Assembly (NCBI GenBank): GCA_032077725.1
Contig: DAMAVY010000002.1
Span: 1 to 32,298 of the forward strand
Source of the DNA: Clostridium sp.
GTDB taxonomy: Bacteria > Bacillota > Clostridia > Clostridiales > Clostridiaceae
DNA length: 32,298 bases
Reading direction: 5' to 3'
Below the pieces are notes generated by a model that saw only the letters and a list, made by a program, of their open reading frames with translations, was not told the DNA's origin and made no database searches. The translations under genes and the position numbers were made by a program. The number at the start of each line of letters is the position of its first letter. Position 1 is the first letter of the stretch. Shown piece by piece: positions 30,656 through 32,298 of this stretch.

Positions 30656-30698
30656 AATATACCTAGTATATAGAGATTATCTATATACTAGGTATATT
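30656..30698. terminator. bidirectional terminator between convergent mbl and yyaC
   Basis: Perfect 19-bp inverted repeat AATATACCTAGTATATAGA-N5-TCTATATACTAGGTATATT. Confidence 0.75.
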
Positions 30699-31235
30699 TT
30701 ATTGTGAGTTTGTTAATGAGCTAAGATAATACCCATGTACGAGGCCGTTTGTTATAACTTTAGATATTTCGATGATCAAACTTAAGCGTATGTTTCTACT
30801 GGTAAAAGGTTCATCAATATCACTAGAATCAACAATGCCAATAATTGATATATCACCAACAGGAGATAGTGATTTACCAACACCTTTGCCAGGATTAATA
30901 GGATAATTTCGAACTTGTATTTCACCGATTTTATTTGGCGGGCCAAGGCAAGCGTCGATACCGATAATTTTAGAATTTGGGTGTTTTACTCTTATGTCTG
31001 ATAATTTTGTATCTAAGTTTAACGCGTGTATAGGACTAGAGATGGTGCCATAGACTGGTAAAGGAAAAAATTTATCTTGTAACATACTACCTATAAGAGG
31101 TCCTAAACAGTCTCCAATGCATCTATCAGTTCCAATACAAACAATAATTGTATCTGCGGTAAGTTCATCCTTTAAGAAGTTGGATAGGGAGTAATAACCT
31201 AGTGGATCTTTGTAATGAATCTTAACTTTGCTCAT
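30699..31235 (-). CDS. yyaC: spore protease YyaC (GPR-like)
   Basis: VCIGTDRCIGDCLGPLIG, PIHALN, IDACLG, PGKGVGK. Confidence 0.93.
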   Translation of the reverse strand: MSKVKIHYKDPLGYYSLSNFLKDELTADTIIVCIGTDRCIGDCLGPLIGSMLQDKFFPLPVYGTISSPIHALNLDTKLSDIRVKHPNSKIIGIDACLGPPNKIGEIQVRNYPINPGKGVGKSLSPVGDISIIGIVDSSDIDEPFTSRNIRLSLIIEISKVITNGLVHGYYLSSLTNSQ

Positions 31236-31335
31236 TGAAACACCTCCATAAGAATTTATATGAAGGAACTTTGGTATAAATTCTAAAAAATATGGAATAA
31301 TTTAGATAGTTTATACTTAGTGGGAGGTGTAAAAC

Positions 31336-31989
31336 TTGAACAAGAAAAGATATTCTATAATAATAATACTTTATACAGTGTTCAATATAGTTGTATTAGT
31401 TAAATTTAATATAGATGAAGATTTAAAAGAAAAAAGAGCATATGAATCTCAATATATGGATAAAAATATAACTGAAAATTTACAAGAAGATGAGCAAGGG
31501 GAAGTCCCTAATAAAGATGTTACTTCAACAGAGGCAATAGACGATATGGATGAAAGTTGTGATGAGAAAACAAAACAAGATGTAATAGATAATTTAAATA
31601 AAAACAGAAAAAATATTGATACAGAAAAGGAAAATCAGCTAAATAGGGATTATGAAAGTGATGCAGAAATAGGAAATATTAACGATTTAGATTTAGAAAA
31701 GTATAATAAGGAGGTGAGCGAAAAATATCATGTAATGAAAGCATCTCCAAATGAGATAATGGATGAGCTAACATTGGCAGAAAAAACAAAAGTAATGCTA
31801 ATATGCAAAGAACTCACAAAAAAAGATTATTCAGATATAACTGAATTTTTGACTTATAAAGATGAGAGATTAGGGGTGATGAGGACACTTAATGTCTTAG
31901 AAAAAAGGGTGAAAAAAGAAAAAGTAGAGGAATTGAAGGGTATATTTTCCAAGTATATAGATCTTGATAAGGTAGAAGGTGAGTGGTAA
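31336..31989 (+). CDS. hypothetical membrane-anchored protein
   Basis: 217-aa ORF, TTG start after SD GGGAGGTG, N-terminal TM segment and acidic linker. Confidence 0.75.
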   Translation: MNKKRYSIIIILYTVFNIVVLVKFNIDEDLKEKRAYESQYMDKNITENLQEDEQGEVPNKDVTSTEAIDDMDESCDEKTKQDVIDNLNKNRKNIDTEKENQLNRDYESDAEIGNINDLDLEKYNKEVSEKYHVMKASPNEIMDELTLAEKTKVMLICKELTKKDYSDITEFLTYKDERLGVMRTLNVLEKRVKKEKVEELKGIFSKYIDLDKVEGEW

Positions 31990-32122
31990 TAATATTATAT
32001 TTATTGGATAGATGACTTGGACTACAACCAGGTAAAAGAATGAAAATTAATAATAAATTAAGAAATTATGACTTATTATAAGAAAAACCTAAAAAAATTT
32101 AGAAAAATAACTCATTTAGGGG

Positions 32123-32151
32123 TTGAAAAGTTGTGAATAAAATTGTATACT
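32123..32151 (+). promoter_or_regulatory. sigmaA promoter of tRNA gene/cluster
   Basis: TTGAAA-N17-TATACT with A-rich upstream region. Confidence 0.75.
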
Positions 32152-32248
32152 AAGTCTTGTCAGTTTAATGACATCTTATTTGAATTTAAGAAATAGAAAA
32201 GTTAGTATAGTTTTATTAAAAATATTTACTGATTTTTACTTATAAATT

Positions 32249-32298
32249 GGAGGAATTCCCGAGTGGCCAAAGGGGGCAGACTGTAAATCTGTTACGTT
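32249..32298 (+). tRNA. tRNA-Tyr(GTA), 5' part (runs off the window end)
   Basis: GGAGGAATTCCCGAGTGGCCAAAGGGGGCAGACTGTAAATCTG: D-arm and anticodon arm CAGA-CTGTAAA-TCTG. Confidence 0.93.

Overview
This is a low-GC Clostridium-type (spore-forming Firmicutes) core chromosomal region. Gene order: partial Ger(x)C, spoIIR, ddl, a PP-loop tRNA-modifying enzyme, DUF1934, an intergenic 80-bp hairpin repeat, a sensor-less sigma54 activator, rho, rpmE(-), tdk, DUF1385, prmC, prfA, a membrane protein, a ZIP transporter, sua5/tsaC, rpiB, upp, reverse rubrerythrin(-), dCMP deaminase, atpIBEFHAGDC, a ywmB-like gene broken by an in-frame TGA, murA, spoIID, spoIIQ-like M23, spoIIID, mbl/mreB, yyaC(-), a hypothetical gene, and the 5' part of tRNA-Tyr(GTA). 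The most unusual element is the F1Fo ATP synthase operon. Delta is about twice normal length and carries three tandem copies of its C-terminal domain. Epsilon lacks its C-terminal regulatory helices. Subunit c has KQPE instead of RQPE. Alpha and beta carry substitutions in normally invariant motifs. A strong Shine-Dalgarno (SD) site upstream of atpD leads to an ATG-TAA start-stop rather than to atpD. All identifications come from motif recognition by eye; no database searches were run.
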